Part shown: in pieces, positions 1 through 7,645 of the stretch
Layout: each line of letters starts with the position of its first letter
Numbering within the stretch: the first letter of the stretch is position 1
Assembly: GCA_050122495.1 (NCBI GenBank)
Contig: JASFIU010000001.1
Span: forward strand, 1 to 44,878
Direction: 5' to 3'
Length of the DNA stretch: 44,878 nucleotides
DNA from: Desulfobacterales bacterium
GTDB taxonomy: Bacteria; Desulfobacterota; Desulfobacteria; Desulfobacterales; JAHEIW01
Notes under the pieces: generated by a model
The model's database searches: none
The model's input: the letters and a program-made list of their open reading frames with translations, nothing else
What the model was told of the DNA's origin: nothing
Position numbers and translations under genes: made by a program

Positions 1-981
1 TTGCTTCAGGTTGATGGTATATCTGCTCGCCAGGTAGCCGCCATACAAAATTTTAAAATGCCTGACAGCGTCAAACGGGAGCTGGACAAGGTGGATCAAA
101 AAAAGATTCGGATGACGACCCTGACGGATCCCGAATACCCGGCCCTTTTGCGGGAAATCCCTGATCCACCGCCCTATTTATATGTTTCCGGAATACTGGA
201 TGGGTCTCCCAGAAATGTTGCCGTTGTCGGTTCACGCAATGCAACCGAATATGGCACTTCAATAACACAAAAGCTGTGTGCGGACCTGACGGCATTTGGC
301 ATCACCATCATCAGCGGAATGGCCATCGGAATTGATACAGCCGCCCACCGCGGGGCCCTGGCGGGGAGGGGTCGAACCATTGCCATACTGGGAAGCGGCT
401 TGAACAATATCTATCCATCTGAAAATGTAGACCTGTTCGAGCGAATTTCAGAAAACGGTGCGGTCATTTCCGAGTTTGCACTCGACACGGAGCCTGAAGC
501 CCATAATTTCCCGATCCGAAACCGGATCATCAGCGGTATGAGCCTTGGAACCGTTGTCGTGGAAGCGACCCGCAAAAGCGGATCCCTGATCACCGCACGC
601 CTGGCTGCGGAGCAGAATCGGGAAGTGTTTGCGGTACCCGGAAGCATTCAATCTTTTAAAAGCACCGGCACCCACACGCTGATAAAACAGGGCGCCAAGC
701 TGGTCGAAAATGCACAAGATGTGCTTGAGGAACTATCCGCATTTATCGATGCGCCCAAAGTAATTCAGCATCAGGATGCAAACCGAAAGGCGCAAAACTT
801 AGCGCTGCTCAGCCCGGAAGAACTGGCGGTATATAAGCTCCTCAGCCCTTACCCGGAGCACATCGATACGATTGTACGCAAAACGGCCATCGAGCCCGGA
901 AAGCTTTTGAGCATATTGTTACAATTGGAACTCAATGGAATGGTGAAACAGTTGCCGGGGAAGCGATTTGTTTTATATTAA
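1..981 (+). CDS. dprA: DNA processing protein DprA/Smf (5' partial, runs off window start)
   Basis: The ORF is open from base 1, so the N-terminus is missing. The translation shows DprA core motifs: VAVVGSRNATEYG, ISGMAIGIDTAAHRGAL, FPIRNRIISG, VVEATRKSGSLITA. Confidence 0.85.
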   Translation: MLQVDGISARQVAAIQNFKMPDSVKRELDKVDQKKIRMTTLTDPEYPALLREIPDPPPYLYVSGILDGSPRNVAVVGSRNATEYGTSITQKLCADLTAFGITIISGMAIGIDTAAHRGALAGRGRTIAILGSGLNNIYPSENVDLFERISENGAVISEFALDTEPEAHNFPIRNRIISGMSLGTVVVEATRKSGSLITARLAAEQNREVFAVPGSIQSFKSTGTHTLIKQGAKLVENAQDVLEELSAFIDAPKVIQHQDANRKAQNLALLSPEELAVYKLLSPYPEHIDTIVRKTAIEPGKLLSILLQLELNGMVKQLPGKRFVLY

Positions 982-1064
982 AGAATCATATCGAATTACC
1001 CGATGAAGCTATTGCAAAGATTAATCTATCTGAATTCGTCAAAAAGCGATAAATAGGAGTAATC

Positions 1065-3341
1065 GTGGCCAAACCGCTTGTCATTGTGGAGTCGCCCACA
1101 AAAGTCAGAACGGTAAAAAAGGTTCTGGGCAAAGACTATAATGTTGCCGCCACCGTGGGGCACATCAAAGATCTCCCGAATAAGGAAATGGGGATCGATA
1201 TTGAAGATGGTTTTAAACCCAAATATAAAAACATTCCCGGAAAACAAAAAATTATAAAGACTTTGAAACAGGCGGCCGGAGATGCGGCTGATATTTATCT
1301 GGCACCGGATCCGGATCGCGAAGGCGAAGCCATCGCATGGCATACCTCCGAGGTGCTCAAGAAAGAAGGCCGCAAATTTTACCGGGTCCTTTTCCATGAA
1401 CTTACCAAGGATGCCATTCACAGAGCCATGGCTTCCCCGGAGAGCCTCGATCGCCCGAAATATGAAGCCCAACAGGCGCGCAGGATCCTCGATCGGCTGG
1501 TGGGCTATCAGATATCACCCCTGTTGTGGCGCAAGGTAAAAGGCGGTTTGAGTGCCGGCCGCGTCCAATCAGTAGCCCTGCGCATCATCTGTGAACGGGA
1601 ACGCGCGATTCACGCTTTTGAACCCCGGGAATACTGGTCCATCACCGCCCACCTTGAAGGCGAATCCCCTCCCCCGTTCACTGCAAAGCTGGCTAAAAAA
1701 AATAATGACAAAATCGAAATCCCGAATGAAGACAAAGCCAAATCGATTTTGGCAGACCTTGAAGGCCAAAATTTCGTCGTCAAAAAAATAGTCAAGAAAA
1801 CAACACGCAAAAATCCGCTACCACCCTTTACGACCAGCAAACTTCAACAGGACGCAATTCGGAAGCTCAGGTTTTCAGCGAAAAAAACCATGCTGATTGC
1901 CCAGCAGCTCTACGAGGGCATTGAACTCGGCCCGGGTGAACCCGTCGGGCTGATCACTTACATGCGCACGGATTCGACTCGCATCGCCAAAGAAGCCGCC
2001 AATGAGGCCCTTGTAATGATTCGCGAAAAATTCGGTGATGCATATGCCCTCAAAAAGCCCCGGTTTTTTAAGAACCGCAAGAAAGCGCAAGATGCGCATG
2101 AGGCCATACGCCCCACATCAGTTGCTTACATCCCCGATGAGGTCGCCCCGCATTTATCGGAGGATCAACTGGCTTTATACCGTCTCATCTGGCAGCGGTT
2201 TGTCGCCTCCCAGATGTCACAGGCCCTGATTAATCAGGTTTCGGTTACAATTGCGGCCGGCGCCTACCAGTTTGCGGCCAGCGGATCAACAGATAAATTC
2301 CCGGGCTTTATGGCGCTTTACATGTCGGTTGCAGATGAAATTGCAAATAAAGACCAGAAAAAAGCGCCGGCACTTCCGGAGCTATGGGAAGGTCTGATTT
2401 TAAAGCTTCTGCAACTGGAACCCAAGCAACATTTCACGATGCCGCCGCCCAGATTTTCAGAGGCCTCGCTGGTGAAAGAACTTGAGGAAAATGGAATCGG
2501 CCGCCCCAGTACCTATGCCAGCATCCTGTCAACCATTCGCGAGAAAGATTATGCCAATCTGCAAAACAGATATTTTAGGCCCACCGAACTGGGATTTATC
2601 GTAAACGATTTGCTCGTAGAGAATTTTCCGGATGTCTTTGATGTAGAATTTACCGCTCGGATGGAAGAAAATCTAGACCGCATTGAATCCTCGGAAGCCG
2701 AATCAACCGAAATATTAACCCAATTTTACAACCCGTTTAAAAAAGAACTCGACGCTGCCGCCGAGGGTATGCTCAGTGTCAAAGGTGTCGGGATGCCCAC
2801 CGGTCTCGACTGCCCCGAATGCGGCAAACCGCTGCACATAAAGGTTGGAAAAAACGGGCATTTTCTGGCATGCAGCGGCTATCCGGATTGCGGCTACTCC
2901 AGAGACTACACCCGTGATGAGAAAGGCAAGGTTCAGGCAATTGAAACCTCGATTGACGAAATTGTTGATAAATCTTGCGACAAATGCGGCAGCCCAATGG
3001 TAATCAAGCGCGGCCGTTATGGAGAATTCCTGGCGTGCAGTGCCTATCCGGATTGTAAAAACACCCAATCTTTAAACTCAAATGGCGCCAACAGCAAAAT
3101 CGGTGTGACCTGTCCCCAAGATGGTTGTAAAGGAGAAATCGTTGAGCGGAAATCAAAGCGTGGCAAAATTTTTTATGGTTGCAATCAATTTCCAAAATGC
3201 GAGTTTGCCACCTGGGATAAACCCATAGCCCAGGAATGCCCGGAATGCGGCGCCAAGATACTGGTTGAAAAAACGACCAAAAAGGAGGGAACCTTTTTAA
3301 CCTGCCTTAAGCAGGATTGCGACTACCGCAAAATCCTCTAG
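1065..3341 (+). CDS. topA: DNA topoisomerase I
   Basis: GTG start lies 5 nt after AGGAG (1055-1059). TOPRIM motifs are VIVESPTK and DPDREGEAIAWH, and the active-site Tyr motif is ITYMRTDS. The C-terminus has four Cys4-type zinc ribbons (CPECG..CSGYPDC, CDKCG..CSAYPDC, CPQDGC..CNQFPKC, CPECG..CLKQDC). Confidence 0.95.
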   Translation: MAKPLVIVESPTKVRTVKKVLGKDYNVAATVGHIKDLPNKEMGIDIEDGFKPKYKNIPGKQKIIKTLKQAAGDAADIYLAPDPDREGEAIAWHTSEVLKKEGRKFYRVLFHELTKDAIHRAMASPESLDRPKYEAQQARRILDRLVGYQISPLLWRKVKGGLSAGRVQSVALRIICERERAIHAFEPREYWSITAHLEGESPPPFTAKLAKKNNDKIEIPNEDKAKSILADLEGQNFVVKKIVKKTTRKNPLPPFTTSKLQQDAIRKLRFSAKKTMLIAQQLYEGIELGPGEPVGLITYMRTDSTRIAKEAANEALVMIREKFGDAYALKKPRFFKNRKKAQDAHEAIRPTSVAYIPDEVAPHLSEDQLALYRLIWQRFVASQMSQALINQVSVTIAAGAYQFAASGSTDKFPGFMALYMSVADEIANKDQKKAPALPELWEGLILKLLQLEPKQHFTMPPPRFSEASLVKELEENGIGRPSTYASILSTIREKDYANLQNRYFRPTELGFIVNDLLVENFPDVFDVEFTARMEENLDRIESSEAESTEILTQFYNPFKKELDAAAEGMLSVKGVGMPTGLDCPECGKPLHIKVGKNGHFLACSGYPDCGYSRDYTRDEKGKVQAIETSIDEIVDKSCDKCGSPMVIKRGRYGEFLACSAYPDCKNTQSLNSNGANSKIGVTCPQDGCKGEIVERKSKRGKIFYGCNQFPKCEFATWDKPIAQECPECGAKILVEKTTKKEGTFLTCLKQDCDYRKIL

Positions 3342-3361
3342 CGCGATTCTTTTAAAAAAGC

Positions 3362-3400
3362 TTGACAATGTATTTTCAGCCTGCTACTCAGTAGGATAAT
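3362..3400 (+). promoter_or_regulatory. Candidate promoter region for the ilv leader transcript (weak call)
   Basis: A perfect TTGACA sits at 3362-3367 and GATAAT at 3395-3400. They are 27 nt apart, so they cannot form one canonical sigma70 promoter. The hexamer at the 17-nt position is TACTCA. This is position-based only. Confidence 0.25.
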
Positions 3401-3420
3401 TTCAAATTTGATGGATCACT

Positions 3421-3513
3421 ATGAATACCGTTAGCGCCATTAGAAACCTTATTAGCCTTATTCTCGTACTCGTCAGCGGAATAATTATTGTCCGCGGCGA
3501 GCAAAGGGGTTGA
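3421..3513 (+). CDS. Branched-chain-amino-acid-rich leader peptide (30 aa) of an ilv attenuator
   Basis: ATG..TGA translates to MNTVSAIRNLISLILVLVSGIIIVRGEQRG, with 14 of 30 residues Ile/Leu/Val. There is a dense run LISLILVLVSGIIIV (3448-3492). It lies directly upstream of a strong intrinsic terminator and of ilvBNC-cimA-leuA. Confidence 0.55.
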   Translation: MNTVSAIRNLISLILVLVSGIIIVRGEQRG

Positions 3514-3550
3514 TAATGGCCTAACCGAATCATTCAAATTCAAAATAAAA

Positions 3551-3588
3551 ACCGTTATCAGCCCCGAGGCTGGTAACGGTTTTTTTTA
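3551..3588 (+). terminator. Intrinsic terminator (attenuator terminator of the ilv leader)
   Basis: A 13-bp stem pairs ACCGTTATCAGCC (3551-3563) with GGCTGGTAACGGT (3568-3580), including one G.U pair. The loop is CCGA and a T8 run follows. An alternative pairing of 3510-3519 (overlapping the leader stop codon) with 3552-3561 could act as antiterminator. Confidence 0.7.
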
Positions 3589-3605
3589 TGCGCTTTTGAG
3601 ATAGG

Positions 3606-3873
3606 TTCTAGTGTTGTGTCCCACAAGTAATTTGCAAAACATCGTCCTGTTTTTAGGTTACAGGTTTCGGATGATCAGAATTTAAAGGTGTCAGTGTTCA
3701 GGTGTCAGGTGTCAGGGCGATGGAGACGCATCGAATTCTCCCCCTGTCATCTGTTTGCTGACACCTGAACACTGACACCTGAAACCGCATAGATTATGTT
3801 GTTTAAAGAACTTAACTGAACACAAATATACCAAACGACTTTGGTAACATTTTTGTGGGACACAACACTAGAA
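3606..3873. repeat. Nested inverted-repeat element (21-bp outer IR, 23-bp inner heptamer IR) in the ilvB 5' UTR
   Basis: The outer IR is perfect: TTCTAGTGTTGTGTCCCACAA at 3606-3626 against its reverse complement at 3853-3873. The inner IR is also perfect: AGGTGTCAGTGTTCAGGTGTCAG at 3686-3708 against 3758-3780. The arms have 7-nt periodicity (AGGTGTC units). Confidence 0.8.
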
Positions 3874-3917
3874 TTATTAATCCGTAACCGATCGTAAATT
3901 GTAAAGAGGTGAACGAA

Positions 3918-5603
3918 ATGAAACTTACCGGTGCTCAAATTATGATGGAAGTATTAAAAGAAGAAGGTGTCGACACAATTTTCGGATTCCCAGGCGGGGC
4001 GGTCATTGATATTTATGATGAACTGGCCAAGACGGATATAAAACATATATTGGTCAGACATGAGCAGGGAGCCGTACATGCGGCCGATGGGTATGCACGC
4101 GCAGGGGCAAAAACCGGGGTTTGCCTGGTTACTTCCGGCCCGGGAGCAACCAATACGGTTTCCGGAATCGCCTCAGCCTATATGGACTCGATACCGATGG
4201 TCATTTTTACGGGCCAGGTGCCGACCCAGTTAATCGGCAACGACGCTTTTCAGGAAGTCGACATCGTCGGCATTACACGCCCCTGCACCAAACACAATTA
4301 CCTGGTTCAATCCACCGAAGAGTTTCCCAAAATTATCAAAGAAGCATTTTATCTGGCGAAATCCGGCCGACCGGGCCCCGTACTCGTCGATATTCCTAAG
4401 GATGTCACCAAAGTGGCCATCGATTATGAACCGATCAAAGAGATCCGGCTAAAATCTTACAATCCAACTTATAATCCCAACATGAAGCAATTGCGCAAGG
4501 TCGTCGAACTGATCGAGCAGGCCGACAGACCGGTTATTTTTGCCGGCGGTGGCGTTATTCTTTCCCAGGCAGCTGCTGAGCTGACGGAGTTTGCCCATAA
4601 AACCCAGATACCGGTTACGACCTCCCTTATGGGCCTGGGCGCCTTTCCAGGAACAGATCCGCTATGGCTCGGGATGCTCGGAATGCACGGTACCTATCGG
4701 GCCAATATGAGCACCGGCGCATGTGATCTGCTTGTATCTATCGGTGTTCGTTTTGACGACCGCGTGACGGGAAAAACAGATGCGTTTGCCTCCCAGGCAA
4801 AAATCGTTCACATCGACATCGATCCAACTTCTATTCGCAAAAACATTCCCGTGACAATTCCCATTGTCGGAGATTGCAAAATCAGTTTGAAGCACTTGAA
4901 CGAATTCATCGACCAGGCCGACCTGAAAGACGTTGGAACAAAACGTCAAAAATGGTTTACGCAAATTGAGGACTGGAAGAACACAAATCCGCTGGCATAT
5001 GAACAGACTGACACCATCAAACCCCAGTATGTCGTTGAGAAGCTCTATGAGCTAACCAAAGGTGAGGCCATTATCACCACCGAGGTCGGGCAAAACCAGA
5101 TGTGGGCGGCTCAATATTATCACTTCGACCGGCCCAACCATTTTATTACATCCGGTGGCCTTGGCTGTATGGGCTTTGGTTTGCCTGCTGCCATAGGCGC
5201 TCAGATGGCCTGCCCTGACAAGCTTGTTGTTGATATTGCCGGAGACGGCAGCATTCAGATGAACATTCAGGAAATGGCCACTGCCATCCAGAGCGGGTTG
5301 CCGGTGAAGGTGGTCATTTTGAATAACGCCTATCTGGGGATGGTCCGTCAATGGCAGGAGTTCTTTTACGACAAACGCTACGCCTGCACGGGCATGGATT
5401 GTGCGCCTGATTTTGTAAAGCTCGCCGAGGCATTCGGAGCGGTCGGTTTAAGAGCATCAACACCGCAAGAGGTAGAAGCTGTGCTAAAAGAGGGACTCGC
5501 CATTCCTGAACCCGTTATCATGGACTTTAAGGTCGATCGGGAAGAAAGTGTTTATCCCATGGTGCCCGCCGGTGCGCCCATTACGGAAATGCTGCTCGTG
5601 TGA
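3918..5603 (+). CDS. ilvB: Acetolactate synthase (acetohydroxyacid synthase) large subunit
   Basis: I prefer ATG 3918 (AAGAGG at 3904-3909, 8 nt upstream) over the track's GTG 3909. The ThDP-binding motif is GGLGCMGFGLPAAIGAQ...IAGDGSIQMNIQE...ILNNAYLGMVRQWQ. The N-terminal motif is GFPGGAVIDIYD. Confidence 0.93.
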   Translation: MKLTGAQIMMEVLKEEGVDTIFGFPGGAVIDIYDELAKTDIKHILVRHEQGAVHAADGYARAGAKTGVCLVTSGPGATNTVSGIASAYMDSIPMVIFTGQVPTQLIGNDAFQEVDIVGITRPCTKHNYLVQSTEEFPKIIKEAFYLAKSGRPGPVLVDIPKDVTKVAIDYEPIKEIRLKSYNPTYNPNMKQLRKVVELIEQADRPVIFAGGGVILSQAAAELTEFAHKTQIPVTTSLMGLGAFPGTDPLWLGMLGMHGTYRANMSTGACDLLVSIGVRFDDRVTGKTDAFASQAKIVHIDIDPTSIRKNIPVTIPIVGDCKISLKHLNEFIDQADLKDVGTKRQKWFTQIEDWKNTNPLAYEQTDTIKPQYVVEKLYELTKGEAIITTEVGQNQMWAAQYYHFDRPNHFITSGGLGCMGFGLPAAIGAQMACPDKLVVDIAGDGSIQMNIQEMATAIQSGLPVKVVILNNAYLGMVRQWQEFFYDKRYACTGMDCAPDFVKLAEAFGAVGLRASTPQEVEAVLKEGLAIPEPVIMDFKVDREESVYPMVPAGAPITEMLLV

Positions 5604-5610
5604 ATACTCT

Positions 5611-5714
5611 GGTTACCGGTTACGGGTTGCGCGTTGCGAGTTAAAAAAAATCTGACCGGATTGATTGCAGCCGCGTTAATTTGAAACCCGCAACTCGCAA
5701 CGCGTAACGCGTAA
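5611..5714. repeat. Heptamer-armed hairpin element (GGTTRCG units) between ilvB and ilvN
   Basis: The left arm 5611-5642 reads GGTTACC GGTTACG GGTTGCG CGTTGCG AGTT. The right arm 5684-5714 reads AAACCCG CAACTCG CAACGCG TAACGCG TAA. An 11-bp perfect pairing joins 5632-5642 to 5692-5702 and extends to about 23 bp with a few mismatches. Confidence 0.75.
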
Positions 5715-5728
5715 TAAGGAATTTAATT

Positions 5729-6217
5729 ATGGAAGAACAAAAGCATACCATGACGATGCTGGTTGATAACCAACCGGGCGTTCTCTCGAGAGTGTCCGGA
5801 CTATTCAGCGGCAAAGGTTTCAACATTGAAAGCTTATGCACGGCGCCGACGATGGACCCCCGGGTTTCCCGAATCACGATCGTCACCAAGGCCAATCCGC
5901 CTTTAATCGAACAAATCGAAAAGCAGCTCCGCAAGCTGATTAACGTTATAAAATTGCGCGACATGACAGGACCGAAGGCTGTTAAAAGGGAGATGGCACT
6001 CATCTGCGTGCAGGCCAAACCTGAACTTCGTGCAGAAATACTGCGAATTGTCGATATCTTTCGTTGTAAAGTAATTGATGTCGGCCTGGAGCATTATATC
6101 ATCGAGGTAACCGGAGATGAAGGGAAATTAACGGCGCTGATAAATCTTCTGCGCCCCATGGGAATAAAGAAGATTGCTCGAAGCGGGACGCTGGCGCTGT
6201 ACCGCGAGCCCAAATAG
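5729..6217 (+). CDS. ilvN: Acetolactate synthase small (regulatory) subunit
   Basis: The ACT-domain N-terminus is HTMTMLVDNQPGVLSRVSGLFSGKGFNIESL. At 162 aa it is the typical IlvH/IlvN size and it follows ilvB. Confidence 0.92.
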   Translation: MEEQKHTMTMLVDNQPGVLSRVSGLFSGKGFNIESLCTAPTMDPRVSRITIVTKANPPLIEQIEKQLRKLINVIKLRDMTGPKAVKREMALICVQAKPELRAEILRIVDIFRCKVIDVGLEHYIIEVTGDEGKLTALINLLRPMGIKKIARSGTLALYREPK

Positions 6218-6360
6218 TTTTCAATTCCTAAATGGCTATTTTTTCACTGGGCCGCGTTCTCCGCGGATTTTAGACCTCAACGTACCAAAAGTACGCCTCG
6301 GCCTAAAATCCTTGTGCGGCCTTACCCAGCAAAAAAATATCTCATTTATGAATTGAAAAC
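6217..6360. repeat. 144-nt imperfect palindrome between ilvN and ilvC
   Basis: Outer arms are GTTTTCAATTCCTAAATG (6217-6234) and CATTTATGAATTGAAAAC (6343-6360), matching at 17 of 18 positions. Inner pairs include GGATTTTAG (6265-6273) with CTAAAATCC (6303-6311). The apex is CGTAC-CAAAA-GTACG (6281-6295). It shares the 15-mer TTCAATTCCTAAATG with 28755-28769. Confidence 0.7.
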
Positions 6361-6425
6361 ACATTTTTAGAAAAAATATGAATTTACGAAAATTAGAGGG
6401 AATCATTTAGAAAAGGAGAAATCGG

Positions 6426-7478
6426 ATGGCACAGTTCAATTTTGGGGGCGTAATGGAAGAAGTGATAACGGACGAAGAATTTCCGCTGCAAAAAGCCCGG
6501 GAAGTTCTGAAAGATGACATCGTTGCGGTGTTGGGTTACGGCGTTCAAGGACCGGGCCAGGCCTTAAACATGAGAGATAACGGAATCAATGTTATCGTGG
6601 GTCAACGCGAAAACAGCGCGTCCTGGGACCGGGCGGTTGCCGACGGTTTTGTGCCGGGCAAAACGCTTTTGCCATTGGTTGAAGCCGCGCAGAAGGCGAC
6701 CGTGATTCAGTACTTGCTCTCAGATGCGGGCCAGATGGCCGTCTGGCCGCAGATAAAAGAATGTCTGGCGGACGGAAATACGCTGTACTTCTCACATGGG
6801 TTTTCGATAGTGTATCACGATCAGACGGCTATCATTCCGCCCAAAAATGTCGATGTGGTTCTGGTCGCCCCCAAGGGATCGGGGCGCACTGTGCGAAGCA
6901 ATTTTCTGGATGGAAGCGGCATCAATTCAAGTTTCGCCATCCATCAGGATTACACCGGTAAGGCCCGCGAAAAAACACTCGCACTGGGGATTGCCATCGG
7001 TTCCGGCTATCTTTTCCCCACCACTTTTGCCAATGAAGTTCACAGTGATTTGACCGGCGAACGCGGTGTTTTAATGGGATGTCTGGCAGGTGTCATGGAA
7101 GCACAGTATAATATTTTGCGGAAACACGGACACAGTCCGAGTGAAGCATTTAACGAGACCGTAGAAGAACTGACCCAGAGCCTTATCCGGCTGGTGGCTG
7201 AAAACGGTATGGATTGGATGTTTGCCAGCTGCTCAACGACAGCGCAACGCGGGGCCCTGGACTGGGCACCCAGATTTCGGGATGCCGTAAAGCCGGTGTT
7301 TGATGAGCTATACGAAAAAGTGATTTCCGGAGCGGAAACCAAACGGGTACTGGAGGCCAACAGCGCTCCGGATTATCGTCAAAAGCTTGATAAAGAACTG
7401 AAGGTTATAAAGGAATCTGAAATGTGGCAAACCGGCGCCGTGGTGCGCTCACTCAGGCCGGAAAACAGGAGAAAATAA
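6426..7478 (+). CDS. ilvC: Ketol-acid reductoisomerase
   Basis: The RBS AAAGGAGAA precedes the ATG. The Rossmann motif is LGYGVQGPGQALNMRDNG. The 350-aa length fits a class I KARI and the gene sits in an ilv context. Confidence 0.95.
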   Translation: MAQFNFGGVMEEVITDEEFPLQKAREVLKDDIVAVLGYGVQGPGQALNMRDNGINVIVGQRENSASWDRAVADGFVPGKTLLPLVEAAQKATVIQYLLSDAGQMAVWPQIKECLADGNTLYFSHGFSIVYHDQTAIIPPKNVDVVLVAPKGSGRTVRSNFLDGSGINSSFAIHQDYTGKAREKTLALGIAIGSGYLFPTTFANEVHSDLTGERGVLMGCLAGVMEAQYNILRKHGHSPSEAFNETVEELTQSLIRLVAENGMDWMFASCSTTAQRGALDWAPRFRDAVKPVFDELYEKVISGAETKRVLEANSAPDYRQKLDKELKVIKESEMWQTGAVVRSLRPENRRK

Positions 7479-7484
7479 ACAAAT

Positions 7485-7624
7485 GAGCGCCTCACTTTCA
7501 GCGAGACTTGAAGAGCGGCTCTCACGAGCTTTGAGGAGCGGCCTTTTAGGCCTCGAGGATTTCAAAAAGCCTTGCCTAAAGCGAAGCGCTCCTAAAAAGA
7601 AGTGCTCTTAAAGCGAAGCGCTCA
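7485..7624. repeat. Inverted element with three tandem 16-mers between ilvC and cimA
   Basis: The right arm has three 16-mers: TAAAGCGAAGCGCTCC (7577-7592), TAAAAAGAAGTGCTCT (7593-7608) and TAAAGCGAAGCGCTCA (7609-7624). The left arm carries inverted GAGCG[CG]C..CTTT units starting at 7485, 7513 and 7536. The centre is GGCC-TTTTA-GGCC (7540-7552). Confidence 0.65.
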
Positions 7625-7645
7625 ATCATGGTTTGGAGAACCCAT

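Noticed and set aside
3686-3786. The possibility that the tandem short repeats (here and at the other heptamer loci) are CRISPR arrays.
   Set aside because: The units are 7 nt and directly abutting, with no unique spacers. The second half is an inverted copy of the first. No cas genes are in the window.
3598-3881. A target-site duplication flanking the 21-bp terminal inverted repeats (which would prove MITE transposition).
   Set aside because: The flanks (..GAGATAGG | element | TTATTAAT..) show no direct repeat of 2 nt or more that I can defend. Mobility therefore remains unproven.
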